Below are positions 49,058 through 59,367 of a stretch of DNA of 64,000 nucleotides, piece by piece. Each line of letters begins with the position of its first letter. Position 1 is the first letter of the stretch. Source of the DNA: a candidate division WOR-3 bacterium (GTDB taxonomy: Bacteria > Hydrothermota > Tepidihabitantia > Tepidihabitantales > Tepidihabitantaceae); the NCBI GenBank assembly GCA_965649205.1, contig CBFGJV010000006.1, positions 1 to 64,000 on the forward strand, read 5' to 3'. The notes beneath the pieces were generated by a model. That model was given only the letters and a program-made list of their open reading frames with translations, made no database searches and had not been told where the DNA came from. The translations under genes and the position numbers were made by a program.

Positions 49058-49794
49058 GCCCTGAAGAATATTAGGGCCACGACAAAATCGACAGCCAGTA
49101 TCATTATGGAAGAACTTACCACCGCCTTTGTCGTTGCCCTTCCTACCTGTTCTGCCCCTCCCCTGACAGCAAATCCAGCATAACAGCCGTTGGTACCAAT
49201 GACCAAACCAAATATCAAGGCCTTCACCAAACCCCCGAAAAAATCTCGGTCAAGAAAGAAACGGGTGACACCATAGACGAAGGTATGGGACGAGATATTC
49301 AAAACCGTGGACGATACCCAGAGTGCCATACCAAGTGCCACTACCTCCATGAACACCACAAACACGGGCAAAACCACTGTCAGAGCTACTATTCTTGGCA
49401 GACAGAGGAAACGGTACGGATTTACCCCCATAACCATAAGCGCATCAATCTGCTCCGAAACCCGCATCGAACCGAGTTCGGCCGCAATGGCAGAAGCCGA
49501 TTTCCCCGCAACCACAAAAGCACTGAAAACCGGCGCCAACTCAATCAGCACCAACCGCCCCACACCCATACCTACAAAGTACTTAGGCACTACTCCCAGT
49601 AACTGATAACTTGTCTGTACCGCGGTTGTAAGCCCCACAAATACCCCGGCTACAAGCAATATCGGCAAAGCCTCCAGTCCCTGCTGACAAATTTGCTCCA
49701 CTACCCGCGGCCAAGTACGACGCAAATCCCAGGGTTGGAAAACAGTCTTAGCCAGAAAAACAATATATCTGGCGGGAACGCCGACCCAGCTCAC
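49051..49794 (-). CDS. mlaE: MlaE family ABC permease
   Basis: ELAPV, AELGSMRVSEQIDAL-MG-NP, GAEQVGRATT-AVV; GTG49794 chosen from the promoter position. Confidence 0.9.
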   Translation of the reverse strand: MSWVGVPARYIVFLAKTVFQPWDLRRTWPRVVEQICQQGLEALPILLVAGVFVGLTTAVQTSYQLLGVVPKYFVGMGVGRLVLIELAPVFSAFVVAGKSASAIAAELGSMRVSEQIDALMVMGVNPYRFLCLPRIVALTVVLPVFVVFMEVVALGMALWVSSTVLNISSHTFVYGVTRFFLDRDFFGGLVKALIFGLVIGTNGCYAGFAVRGGAEQVGRATTKAVVSSSIMILAVDFVVALIFFRAW

Positions 49795-49890
49795 AGGCGC
49801 TATGTTAGCTCCGCCCTTCCAGGTGTCAATTCCAGTGACAGTAATCTTCAGCCCGCTTGACAACAAAAAGAAAGCTGCCAAGATTCTCTC

Positions 49891-51192
49891 ATAGTACGCG
49901 ATTTAGTCATAGAAGCCGCCTCACCCCACCTTGCGCAGATACAGTTTGTAGCTTCGGAATTAGTACGCAGAGGCTGGGCCGAAGCCAATGCCGGTAACTT
50001 TTCTATTCGCGTAACTGAAATCCATCCACCTGGGAAATCCAAACATCCATTAGTGCCACCACGCCCAGCCTTGGCCAACCAGACTTTGCTCATCAAGCAA
50101 GCCGGGGGCAGAATGCGCGACCTTGCTATCAACCCTTTACCCAACCTGTGTGTTATATCTATATCTGAAACTGGCGACACTTACGAGCTACTGGGTGATA
50201 GTCCACCATCGAGCGAACTTCCTGCTCATCTTGCCATTCACGAAACACTGCTACACTTTCGACCTGCCCACGTCTGCGTGCTGCACAGTCATCCCACTGC
50301 CCTTGTGGCCTTGAGCCTCCGTTATCCCGAACCGGAAAGTCTACTCGCTCTGCTTTTTCGAGCCCATGCAGAAATGTCATTGGTACGAGATGAGATTTAC
50401 GCTCTACCCTTCTTGGCACCTGGCACTCAAGCGCTGGCCGAAGCTACCGGCAAAGCTTTCTGTAAACATTCGGGGGTCGTCTGGTCACGCCACGGCATGA
50501 TTGCATCCGGCTCGGACCTGTATAAAGCGCTGGACCTACTGGAACTATGTGATAAAGCAGCCCAAATCTCCCTTCTTGCTGGTGCTCCCCCACCGGTTAG
50601 AAACGTTACCCCCCCCCCCAGCAAGCTATCTAAACGCGGCTTCCTCGCAGCAGACGGCCTGGAAACATTCTACGACGTTAAATCTCTTGACTCTACGCTG
50701 CCTTGGGAGGAATTCAAACGCCTACCTCGCATTCCGGTAAGCTTGGTACTAGATAACCTTCGTTCTGCCTTTAATGTCGGCTCCATTTTCCGTCTGGCTG
50801 ATGCCGTACGTGTCAAGGAGATAATCACTTGTGGATATACCGCCCATCCTCCGCATCCAAAACTAGAACAAACCGCACTAGGTGCAACCGCCTTTGTTCC
50901 TTGGCGCGCTGTTCCTCAGACAACTACGGCTTTACAAGAACTCAAAGCAAATGGTGTACAAGTTGTGGCTCTGGAAACCGCAGCGAATGCACAGCCCTAC
51001 GACCATTTTCCCTTCAGAGCACCGTTGGCATTAGTTTTAGGGAATGAAGCACTGGGAGTATCTCAATCCACCCTCCAGGCCTGCGAGGCAATAATTGCCC
51101 TGCCCGTATTCGGATTTAAGAATTCCATCAATGTAGCGGCAGCCGCAGCAGTAGTACTGTACGACCTTGTCCGCCGATACCGCTGGCTCTGA
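49891..51192 (+). CDS. Fusion: class II aldolase (RhaD-like) plus SpoU/TrmH RNA methyltransferase
   Basis: GWAEANAGNFSIR (upstream of the ORF-track start 50053), SELPAH, HSH, WSRHG; then LDNLRSAFNVGSIFR, LGNEALG, SINVA. Start inferred. Confidence 0.8.
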   Translation: MVRDLVIEAASPHLAQIQFVASELVRRGWAEANAGNFSIRVTEIHPPGKSKHPLVPPRPALANQTLLIKQAGGRMRDLAINPLPNLCVISISETGDTYELLGDSPPSSELPAHLAIHETLLHFRPAHVCVLHSHPTALVALSLRYPEPESLLALLFRAHAEMSLVRDEIYALPFLAPGTQALAEATGKAFCKHSGVVWSRHGMIASGSDLYKALDLLELCDKAAQISLLAGAPPPVRNVTPPPSKLSKRGFLAADGLETFYDVKSLDSTLPWEEFKRLPRIPVSLVLDNLRSAFNVGSIFRLADAVRVKEIITCGYTAHPPHPKLEQTALGATAFVPWRAVPQTTTALQELKANGVQVVALETAANAQPYDHFPFRAPLALVLGNEALGVSQSTLQACEAIIALPVFGFKNSINVAAAAAVVLYDLVRRYRWL

Positions 51193-51213
51193 CCTCCAAG
51201 ACCAGCCAATCTC

Positions 51214-53556
51214 CTACGGAAGGACTAAGAAACTAACTTCCTCACTAGTATGCCCTGCCGCCAATAATCGCAACCTGTGTTTACCCGGTTCCAGACGCCA
51301 GAAGCAAGCATAAGGAGGCCCAACTACGGCCAATTCTCTTTCATCGAGTATCCATCTTGCTTCAGTAGCGCCGGCAGGTACAACCGCTCTGAAAAGAACT
51401 GCCTGAAATTCCCGGCTAAGGTCGGGGTCAATCTTGAACACATCTCCTTCGTCAGGGAAAAGCACAACCGGCTGTGAGCAAACTGTACGTGCCTGAGTTT
51501 GAGTTAAACCCGTCACCGGAGGCAACGGCAAACCGTTGTCCGCCATCCAGGCCCAGTACTCCGGAGGATATACCTCATATACCTTATCCTGTATTAACAG
51601 ATGAACCGAGCAAGTTTCTCTGGGCAGTCTGGAAGCAATGAATTTTTCCTGTACCGCTGCTGGACAATGTGGACCCGGGATTAAACCAGATTTGGGACAC
51701 ACCGCACACAACACTATACCCGGAGGAAGGTCAAATCCGGAAGGCGAGCGTGTTTGCGCTGCCAGCATCACATCACGAAAAAGCGGACCGGCTCCTGTTA
51801 CGCCCGAAACCCGGTGCATCGGCGAACCATCAAAGTTTCCCACCCATACACCTACCACATAATCGCGGGTGTAACCTACAGCCCAATTGTCCCGGTAATC
51901 CTTGGAGGTACCGGTTTTAACCGCACAAGGAAAAGGTAATGACAAACATGAGAACTGTCCAAAAGCGGGTGCACGTGCCTGATTATCGCAAAGAATATCT
52001 GTCACCAGATAAGCAGATTGGGGACTGAATACGCGAATCTGCGATCCACCAGTCCGCAATCCTGTTTCTGGTTCCGCATCAGACATTATCACCCGCACCT
52101 CTGAAAACTCTCCGTAGTTTGCCAGAACACGATATGCGTTTACCAGCTCCAGCAAACGTACATCACCCACCCCCAAACTCAGAGCCAAACCATAATAACC
52201 AGGTTCCCTCCGCAAACTGGTCAACCCACACTGACGAAGAACAGTAAGCAGACGGTCAACCCCCAGCTCCTCAGCAAGCCTCACGGCCGGAACATTGTAA
52301 GACGAACCAAGTGCCACCCGGCAACTCACAGGACCGCGAAATTGTCGGTCATAGTTACGGGGCACAAAATCGCCGGCCAGTTCTGCAAAATGGCCAGGCA
52401 AGTCAGGTACTATCGCGGCTGGAGACTTTTCCTGTTCAAATGCAAGGGCGTAAACAAAAGGCTTCAACGCCGAACCTGGCTGCCGCAGGCTCAAGCAAGC
52501 ATTCACCTGCCCGGCATCCGGGGAAAAATAATCCCTTGAACCTACCATGGCCAAGACCTCCCCGGTAGCACGATCAAGAACCACGACAGCAGCGTTGGTA
52601 ACGTGGTAGGAAGCAAATTGCCGCAGATGCACCTCAACCAAATCCTCACACTGCTGCTGAAGTCGGTAGTCGAGGGTAGTACGGAGCAGACGTTCTCTAC
52701 CTCGCCAAGCTCCCTTTGGAAGACCTGTAGAAAGAACAAAATCAACGAAATGAGAGGCTTTGAATGGCCTGCGAGGACGACATGGTGTAATGCTTTCAGC
52801 CAACGCCGCCTCAAAATCAGAAAGTTTTATCCGGCGCCGTGCCAGCAGATTTTCCAAAATCCACCGTTGTCTTCGGCGACACCTTTCAAAGTGACGATAT
52901 GGGTCACACTCTCCAGGTGAACGCAGCACTCCAGCCAGGAAACACGCCTGCGCCAGCGACAAACGGTCAGCGCTTCGATTGAAATAGGTCCGGGCAGCAG
53001 CATCAATACCATAGAGTTGGTTACCGAACCAGACCCGATTCACATACGCTTCCAAAATCTCCCGCTTCGACAAATGAAGTTCTAGGCGTATTGCACCAAG
53101 CAGTTCGCCCAGTTTTGTCGCTATTCCCCGTCGCCCAGAATGACGCAGAACACGCACAAGTTGCTGGGTGATAGTTGAACCCCCTGACACTACCCGACCT
53201 GCCCGCAGATTTGTCAGCGTGGCACGCACCAAAGCCAGCAGATCCACTCCACAATGACGCCAGAATCTTCTGTCTTCCGCGACTATTACCGCTTCCACAA
53301 ACCAAAGACTCACCTGGTCAAGTTCCACCCAGTGGTTCACGCCATATTCGGAAGAACAGACTTCCCTCAGTGGTTCTCCTCTGCGGTCGGTAACTACCAG
53401 TGTAGCCAGTTGCTCCCCGCGTACGTAGCTGCGGCTCAACGGCAATAACAAGAATAAACCAACGCCCAGCCATAACAGCTGAACTATACTACACCCTACG
53501 GCTAGGACTCCGATGGTAACTGTGTGCCTAGCTGCGGTAAATTTTACTCTCCTCAC
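51214..53556 (-). CDS. pbpC: Penicillin-binding protein 1C
   Basis: EDRRF, GGSTITQQ, SALK, SYN, KTGT, C-terminal Ig-like domain; directly follows the A2M gene. Confidence 0.92.
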   Translation of the reverse strand: MRRVKFTAARHTVTIGVLAVGCSIVQLLWLGVGLFLLLPLSRSYVRGEQLATLVVTDRRGEPLREVCSSEYGVNHWVELDQVSLWFVEAVIVAEDRRFWRHCGVDLLALVRATLTNLRAGRVVSGGSTITQQLVRVLRHSGRRGIATKLGELLGAIRLELHLSKREILEAYVNRVWFGNQLYGIDAAARTYFNRSADRLSLAQACFLAGVLRSPGECDPYRHFERCRRRQRWILENLLARRRIKLSDFEAALAESITPCRPRRPFKASHFVDFVLSTGLPKGAWRGRERLLRTTLDYRLQQQCEDLVEVHLRQFASYHVTNAAVVVLDRATGEVLAMVGSRDYFSPDAGQVNACLSLRQPGSALKPFVYALAFEQEKSPAAIVPDLPGHFAELAGDFVPRNYDRQFRGPVSCRVALGSSYNVPAVRLAEELGVDRLLTVLRQCGLTSLRREPGYYGLALSLGVGDVRLLELVNAYRVLANYGEFSEVRVIMSDAEPETGLRTGGSQIRVFSPQSAYLVTDILCDNQARAPAFGQFSCLSLPFPCAVKTGTSKDYRDNWAVGYTRDYVVGVWVGNFDGSPMHRVSGVTGAGPLFRDVMLAAQTRSPSGFDLPPGIVLCAVCPKSGLIPGPHCPAAVQEKFIASRLPRETCSVHLLIQDKVYEVYPPEYWAWMADNGLPLPPVTGLTQTQARTVCSQPVVLFPDEGDVFKIDPDLSREFQAVLFRAVVPAGATEARWILDERELAVVGPPYACFWRLEPGKHRLRLLAAGHTSEEVSFLVLP

Positions 53557-56500
53557 TCACTTAATTTCTAGATACTGCTGACCAGTGTGGCCAAAAACCT
53601 CAGGTGTATACATTTCCTCCACCCGCGTGGGTGGAAGGAAAAATCTGCCGCTTGTAAGCGCTCTAACCCGATAAGTCTCCGTGTGCACACCCTTGGTAAG
53701 GTAAGTAGCCACCAGAAGGTAACGGTCATGGTATGTTTCTTCGTAGTTAAAGCCGCCCCACCACTGTTTGTTCGATTTCGTAGAAAGAGGTTGAGTCTGA
53801 CGTTCAGTGGCAAAGGAAGTATTAACTATCTCCCAGCCCGCAGGCAGAGGGTCGTCCAGCACCACAAATATCCGGTCCTGAGCAGTGTGTACTTTCAAAG
53901 TTATGATATACTCTGCTCCGCGTACGTAACCTGATACCTTGCCCACGGGCCTGATAACTTTCTCTACTCGGAATCCCTGATCCTTGGCCTTTAGCTCGCC
54001 CTTGCGGGCATAATAAAGCCTGAGTCCATAATACATTCTGCCCTGTCCCTTTCTGCTGATGTTTACTGGCAAGGTCGTTTTTGCCAAACTATCAATCGGC
54101 AGGAAACGACGAGCAGTCTTCAACGAACGACCAGAGAATACTGCACTGAGCACGTCTTTACCTGCAATCCTGACTGAAGCTCTGAAATTCGGCCTCTCCT
54201 TTTCATACGTGCGGTAGAAAGTTGCCAACGCATCAAAAACACAGGCATTTTCTTGGGTCGTACGCCAACGGCCAACCCTACGCTCCGCAATCAGCCACCT
54301 GACTATTTTCTCTGCAAACTCAATCTGCCCTTGATGTTCTAGTAGCGCTTGCAGTACCACAGCCGTGGTTCGCACATCTGAATGAAACAGCCATCCTCCT
54401 TCTCTTTCTTCCTCATAGTGTGCCATAGTCGGCTCGAGCTTGAGTTTGTTATTCATCGCCCGTATAAGATTACTCCTTGCCTCCGCATATACAGACTTAG
54501 GAAGCAAAGCTAGCGTCTTCAACAGGTATGCTTTACCATACACTGACATTTGGTCAACTTGGTCAAGCAAGAAAGGTAGGTGAGATTCTACTTTCTCCCC
54601 CCATAGCGCAATTGCATACACAGCCAGACTGCGGGCAGTGAGATACTCATCTGTTGAATACGGCCAGTCTGTCCCACGTTTACCGTAGTTGAGCCAGTTC
54701 GTCAGGTAACTCTTGCCTCGCTCGCTAACCCGGGAAGCCACTTGGAAACCCTTCTTCTCTGCCAGTGCCAGAACGTACATGGTATAAGCTGAAAGCCAAG
54801 GAGAAGGCTTTTCGTAGGCATAAGACTCGAGGTCTGGCCAGAAGTAAAAGCCGCCAGATTCATCCTGGTATCTGCTTACCACATCCAATTCAGCCTGCAC
54901 AAACTTACGCAAAGCCGAGCCCCGCAACTCAGACAAACCAAATTGGTTTATCACATCCTCCCCGACAATAAAAGGCAGTATTTTGCTCATCCGCTGCTCC
55001 AGACATTCATAAGGATACGTACGCAAGAATTCCAGCCCTCTTTCCAGTCCTGTGAGTCCCGAAGAAGAAACTGCAACCTCCAGCCCCCCGACTCCCGCAA
55101 AGACGTCAGGCGGCACACTCACCGTCTGTTGTATCACTGAATCCATTGTCTGCTCGTACAGAGCCACTGCTTCTGAAACTACAGAAGGTATTGCTGGCAA
55201 AGTTACACGCAACCTGTCCCTTGCTCCCTCCCCACTCGCCTCAAAGGTAAACTCTGCCTCGCCTGCACCGATACAAAGGTAGTCAAACACAACTTCCACA
55301 GGACGGTTCGGCTCTACTTCCACTTGCCGACTTGTACTGCCATCAATCCTCACTCCCTTGGCAGCTGTTGCTTTCACCGTAACTTTCATCTTCTTGTCAG
55401 TGCGATTGTGCACCATTACGCCGGCCGAAAAACGGTCCTCAGGCCGTATGAAACGCGGTAAAGAACTCACCAGAAGCAGCGGTTTATTAGTCTGAAACTT
55501 GCTTTCGCCCGAACCAAACTTGTCAACTGTTGCCGCCACGGCCATTATCTGCCAAGTGGTGAGATTATCTGGCACACGAAAACGGACACGAGCTCTGCCG
55601 TTCTCATCGCTTCTCAAAGACGGTATCCAAAGCGCCGTTTCGAGAAACTTCTGCCGGTAGGCATAATCATACCCACCATCAAGCCCTACCCCATCTAATC
55701 CGCCACCACCTGCAGCCTCACCTTTCTCACCGTAATTGCGCTGACCAATCACATGCAGCCTGGACTCAGCTGTTACCACCGAAAGAGATCGAGAGGCGTA
55801 AAACATACTGAACGGATCCGGCGTCCTGTAGCCAACCAGCTTTAAGACGCCAAGATCAACGACCGCAAGCGATACTTCTGAGCGAACTCCTCTACCTTTC
55901 TTGTCCAAGACTTGCAAGTCAATTTCTACCTCCTGCCCTGGCTGGTACTCGGTCCGCCCCGTTTTCACAACCACCGTCAACTTCTTGGCTTCCGGATCAA
56001 CTGGCAACTCTACATATCCAATCTTGAAGCCCGGTTTACCCAGGTCCTGGCCTTCGTCTCCAAAGCTGTTATAGGCAGTTCTCCCTTTCAGCAGAACTAC
56101 CGAAACAAATACGTTGGGAAGATACTCTTCTTTTATCGGTATTCTGATCAAATCCGCATTGCCGCTAATCTCTGTTCCAAAGTAGTCCAGTACCAGCTCC
56201 CGCTCAACCGTCACCATAGCCTTAACCCCGGTCCACGGTGATTTTACAAGTATCTTCGCAGTATCGCCTGGCTTATAAGCATTCTTATCCCTCACCAACT
56301 CAATCAGGTCGTCATCTCGTATCATCCACGCAGCTTCGCCCTTGCCTGCAACCCAGAACTCCAGATCGGTTCTCGCAGTATTATTCCGTCTGTCTCTCAT
56401 TTCACACTTGCACCAGTATTGACCTGGCTTGTCCGGTCTGAACCACTTGCGCACCGCTTCGGACTCTGTTCTGACCTCGAAAGTGGCTACTTTCTCGTCT

Positions 56501-59211
56501 ACTTTCTCGCTCAACCAAGAATACCTACCCCCGGTCTGAGCCTTACGCGCCGAACGCCATATCCGCCGGAACACCGTAACCGTCACGTTTTCACCACTGG
56601 CTGGTCTACCGTCTGGGAACGCAGCCACTAAATCTAAACCTACAGAATCACCCAGTTCTACCATACCCCTGGTCATCTTTACGCCTACATAGCGTTCTGC
56701 TCGGTGGACGATATACGATTCTCGACCGGTAATACTCCTCTGGTTAGTGGCAGTAACCGTCGCTTCGCAGGTCACACGACAGCTGGAAAGCCGCCTCCCT
56801 AAATTCAGCTTAGTTTGTACCTGCAAATGCCCCTGGACGTCTAATTTGCCGCTCCCTGAACTCAGCAGACTTATTGCTTGTTCAGTCTCATCCATGTACG
56901 CGCCCCAGCTGAACCCTTCGTATCCGGGAGGCGAGAAAGACGTAGGTTCCAAACTCACCGTCCAATCCACCTGTTCGCCTGCCATCTGAGCTCCAAACAG
57001 ATATCTGGCGTTGATATGCGCCGTGAACATGTCACCCGCAACATAGCTATCTTTGTCGCCCTTTACTGTGACTTCGAACTCTGCTGGCCTGTATGCCTCA
57101 ACCCGAAAATGTCCATAGAATTCGTGCTCACCCTGAGAAAAAACAATACTGTAGTAACCGGTGAAAGCCTCTGCCCCCAGTGGCAAAGAAATATCAAAGC
57201 TACCCCAGTCAGACAATCTCACCCGCCGGGTGAAAATCTCCTCATCCCGCGAATCTGTTACTCGTACCAACCCATCCCTGCGACTGGGAATAATCCACCT
57301 GCCTCGCTGCTTGTGGCGGATAATACCCTTAATGCGAACCGTATCCGCCTGTTTGTACAGCCCCTTTTCGGTGTAAATGAAGCCCGAAGGTTCGGTAGGG
57401 TCAGGAGACCAATCATAGCTCACGCCAAGCTCATAAGGATGAATTCCAGTGCCCCATTCCGAATGCACAAAACCTTCTCCTCCCGGTTCCCGGACAAACA
57501 TCCACAAACGAGGACTATCCCACTCGCTTCGCGCCTTAACACCCAGCATAGCCCATCCAGGGAACACCACAAACCCGTTCTTATCCGTGCGACCAGTCCA
57601 GACGGACCGGTTGGCATCATCTCGCAACTCAACTGTGACTCCTGCTACAGGTGCGCCGTCAACCAGACGAGTCACATAACCTAGCCCGTTTTCTGGTGAA
57701 AACTTTGCTGTCAGCCCAAACGGTGATACCTGCAGAAAAGCTCGACGATACCTTGCACCCCGTTCTGGTTGGTGAAGCATATCCAGTTCACAGAACAAAA
57801 AGCCGGATTTCCTTCCTCCTAATCCGGGCGCTATATCCAGAGGCAGTAGCGTACGTCTGTTCCTGACCAGCTTTGGTCTCCAAACAGTCTGATAATTAAA
57901 ACCGGTCTGCCAGATTCGCTCCAATTCGCCAGGCTTCTCTTTCTCCTCCTCCCCATGACCTTCGTACCGCTTCCGCCAGAAGGGAATAACTTCCCCGGCC
58001 TCCAGCCTCCTCATCCTTACCTTCACTGATTCTACATTCACCATCCATACCGGATGACGCAACTCTGTGGCAGACTCCACAATACCCAAACCAACAGGCA
58101 TACCCAGGGCTGGGCGATAGGAGACTGTCTTCAGTCGCAAACGGACGTCTTTACCCAGGCGATTGCCAAAACGGTCAGTAAGCTGGCGGGAAAGAATTAC
58201 CTCGTACTGCGTCTCTGGAGCAAGTTCTACATAGAGGTACTGCTGCGTGGTTGCAAAATCATATTCGTACCGAGGCAACTTCACTGGAGGAGAGAATTTC
58301 ACGTGCCTGAGTAACTCTTCTTGCGCTACAGGATTGGAAAAAACAAATACCAGCGGATCTTCCGGGTGATGAGCGGACGCCCTCTCCAATCTTTCCAGCC
58401 GAAAGTGATTGAAGGTACGAAACTCTATTCTGCGTTCCTTCTCTAATCCCAAGTTGCCCTCAGCCGCCAATAATCCCTCCGCCAGGATAATCTGGTACTG
58501 AGTCTGTTTTCTCAACTGCACTTTCGAGGTAAGCACTAACACCGAACTAAGTTTTTCTGGTTCATACCACCATGCATCTTCCGTTCTCTCCTTGGGTCTT
58601 GGATGACGGAGTCGAAAAGGCACCCTGGTTCCGTCGCCCGCCACCAACTGCAGAAATTTCTGGGCACGTTTTGGGTCCATCGGCATGTTAAAGTGAAGCC
58701 AGATGTTTGGCTTGAGTGTTACAAACTCCGCACCATGAAAGGGAACAGAATATTCCAGGCTAGGTCTCACAGTCTCAAACTCAAACTCGTAGTCCTGCTT
58801 GAGCATCCGTCCACTCAACGAACGGACGCCTCGCGGTATTTTCACTTTAAATCTGGTCGCTGTGGGTAGAACAGTCGCCGGGCGAAAGACGACAGTATTT
58901 GGACTCAACCAGTCACAAAAACCTGGGACTTCCGGGTCAAGGAGCAGTGGAAAATTCTCCTCCTCAGAGACTTCGCCAAGAGACACCATGGCATCATCGA
59001 AAGTCACCAGGATTTCGCTTGCCTCTTCTGTTTTCTCCAGCACCCCTACGGGTGTCGCAGCCACAATCCGCAGAGAATCGGCCCGACGCAATTCCTCTTC
59101 ACTAAATACAGGCATCGCTACACGCCGAGCCAAGGGCTGTCTAGGTTTCTCGCGGGGACAACTACCGACAACAACTAGGACAGCGCACAGAACCCATGCT
59201 CTTGTCCTCAC
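53557..59211 (-). CDS. Bacterial alpha-2-macroglobulin (lipoprotein, Ig-like plus MG domains)
   Basis: Lipobox VGSC, YTEKGLY, PDNLTTW, intact thioester YPYECLEQ, TTQEN, VEEMY-PE. Confidence 0.93.
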   Translation of the reverse strand: MRTRAWVLCAVLVVVGSCPREKPRQPLARRVAMPVFSEEELRRADSLRIVAATPVGVLEKTEEASEILVTFDDAMVSLGEVSEEENFPLLLDPEVPGFCDWLSPNTVVFRPATVLPTATRFKVKIPRGVRSLSGRMLKQDYEFEFETVRPSLEYSVPFHGAEFVTLKPNIWLHFNMPMDPKRAQKFLQLVAGDGTRVPFRLRHPRPKERTEDAWWYEPEKLSSVLVLTSKVQLRKQTQYQIILAEGLLAAEGNLGLEKERRIEFRTFNHFRLERLERASAHHPEDPLVFVFSNPVAQEELLRHVKFSPPVKLPRYEYDFATTQQYLYVELAPETQYEVILSRQLTDRFGNRLGKDVRLRLKTVSYRPALGMPVGLGIVESATELRHPVWMVNVESVKVRMRRLEAGEVIPFWRKRYEGHGEEEKEKPGELERIWQTGFNYQTVWRPKLVRNRRTLLPLDIAPGLGGRKSGFLFCELDMLHQPERGARYRRAFLQVSPFGLTAKFSPENGLGYVTRLVDGAPVAGVTVELRDDANRSVWTGRTDKNGFVVFPGWAMLGVKARSEWDSPRLWMFVREPGGEGFVHSEWGTGIHPYELGVSYDWSPDPTEPSGFIYTEKGLYKQADTVRIKGIIRHKQRGRWIIPSRRDGLVRVTDSRDEEIFTRRVRLSDWGSFDISLPLGAEAFTGYYSIVFSQGEHEFYGHFRVEAYRPAEFEVTVKGDKDSYVAGDMFTAHINARYLFGAQMAGEQVDWTVSLEPTSFSPPGYEGFSWGAYMDETEQAISLLSSGSGKLDVQGHLQVQTKLNLGRRLSSCRVTCEATVTATNQRSITGRESYIVHRAERYVGVKMTRGMVELGDSVGLDLVAAFPDGRPASGENVTVTVFRRIWRSARKAQTGGRYSWLSEKVDEKVATFEVRTESEAVRKWFRPDKPGQYWCKCEMRDRRNNTARTDLEFWVAGKGEAAWMIRDDDLIELVRDKNAYKPGDTAKILVKSPWTGVKAMVTVERELVLDYFGTEISGNADLIRIPIKEEYLPNVFVSVVLLKGRTAYNSFGDEGQDLGKPGFKIGYVELPVDPEAKKLTVVVKTGRTEYQPGQEVEIDLQVLDKKGRGVRSEVSLAVVDLGVLKLVGYRTPDPFSMFYASRSLSVVTAESRLHVIGQRNYGEKGEAAGGGGLDGVGLDGGYDYAYRQKFLETALWIPSLRSDENGRARVRFRVPDNLTTWQIMAVAATVDKFGSGESKFQTNKPLLLVSSLPRFIRPEDRFSAGVMVHNRTDKKMKVTVKATAAKGVRIDGSTSRQVEVEPNRPVEVVFDYLCIGAGEAEFTFEASGEGARDRLRVTLPAIPSVVSEAVALYEQTMDSVIQQTVSVPPDVFAGVGGLEVAVSSSGLTGLERGLEFLRTYPYECLEQRMSKILPFIVGEDVINQFGLSELRGSALRKFVQAELDVVSRYQDESGGFYFWPDLESYAYEKPSPWLSAYTMYVLALAEKKGFQVASRVSERGKSYLTNWLNYGKRGTDWPYSTDEYLTARSLAVYAIALWGEKVESHLPFLLDQVDQMSVYGKAYLLKTLALLPKSVYAEARSNLIRAMNNKLKLEPTMAHYEEEREGGWLFHSDVRTTAVVLQALLEHQGQIEFAEKIVRWLIAERRVGRWRTTQENACVFDALATFYRTYEKERPNFRASVRIAGKDVLSAVFSGRSLKTARRFLPIDSLAKTTLPVNISRKGQGRMYYGLRLYYARKGELKAKDQGFRVEKVIRPVGKVSGYVRGAEYIITLKVHTAQDRIFVVLDDPLPAGWEIVNTSFATERQTQPLSTKSNKQWWGGFNYEETYHDRYLLVATYLTKGVHTETYRVRALTSGRFFLPPTRVEEMYTPEVFGHTGQQYLEIK

Positions 59212-59367
59212 AACTCCTCCTTAGATTAGCTAGTTAGAATACCACAATAATGATATGAGACAGACCGTTTTTGTCTTTGAGCCTCATGACTAACTATCGC
59301 TGCCCCCATCATAAGTTGGGAGGGTCGGTACAATCTACGACCACAGCCGGCTTAGGGCTACAACTTA

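Noticed and set aside
51725..51750. SRP-RNA-like TCCGGAAGG motif
   Set aside because: Inside the pbpC coding sequence and lacks the flanking SRP helix.
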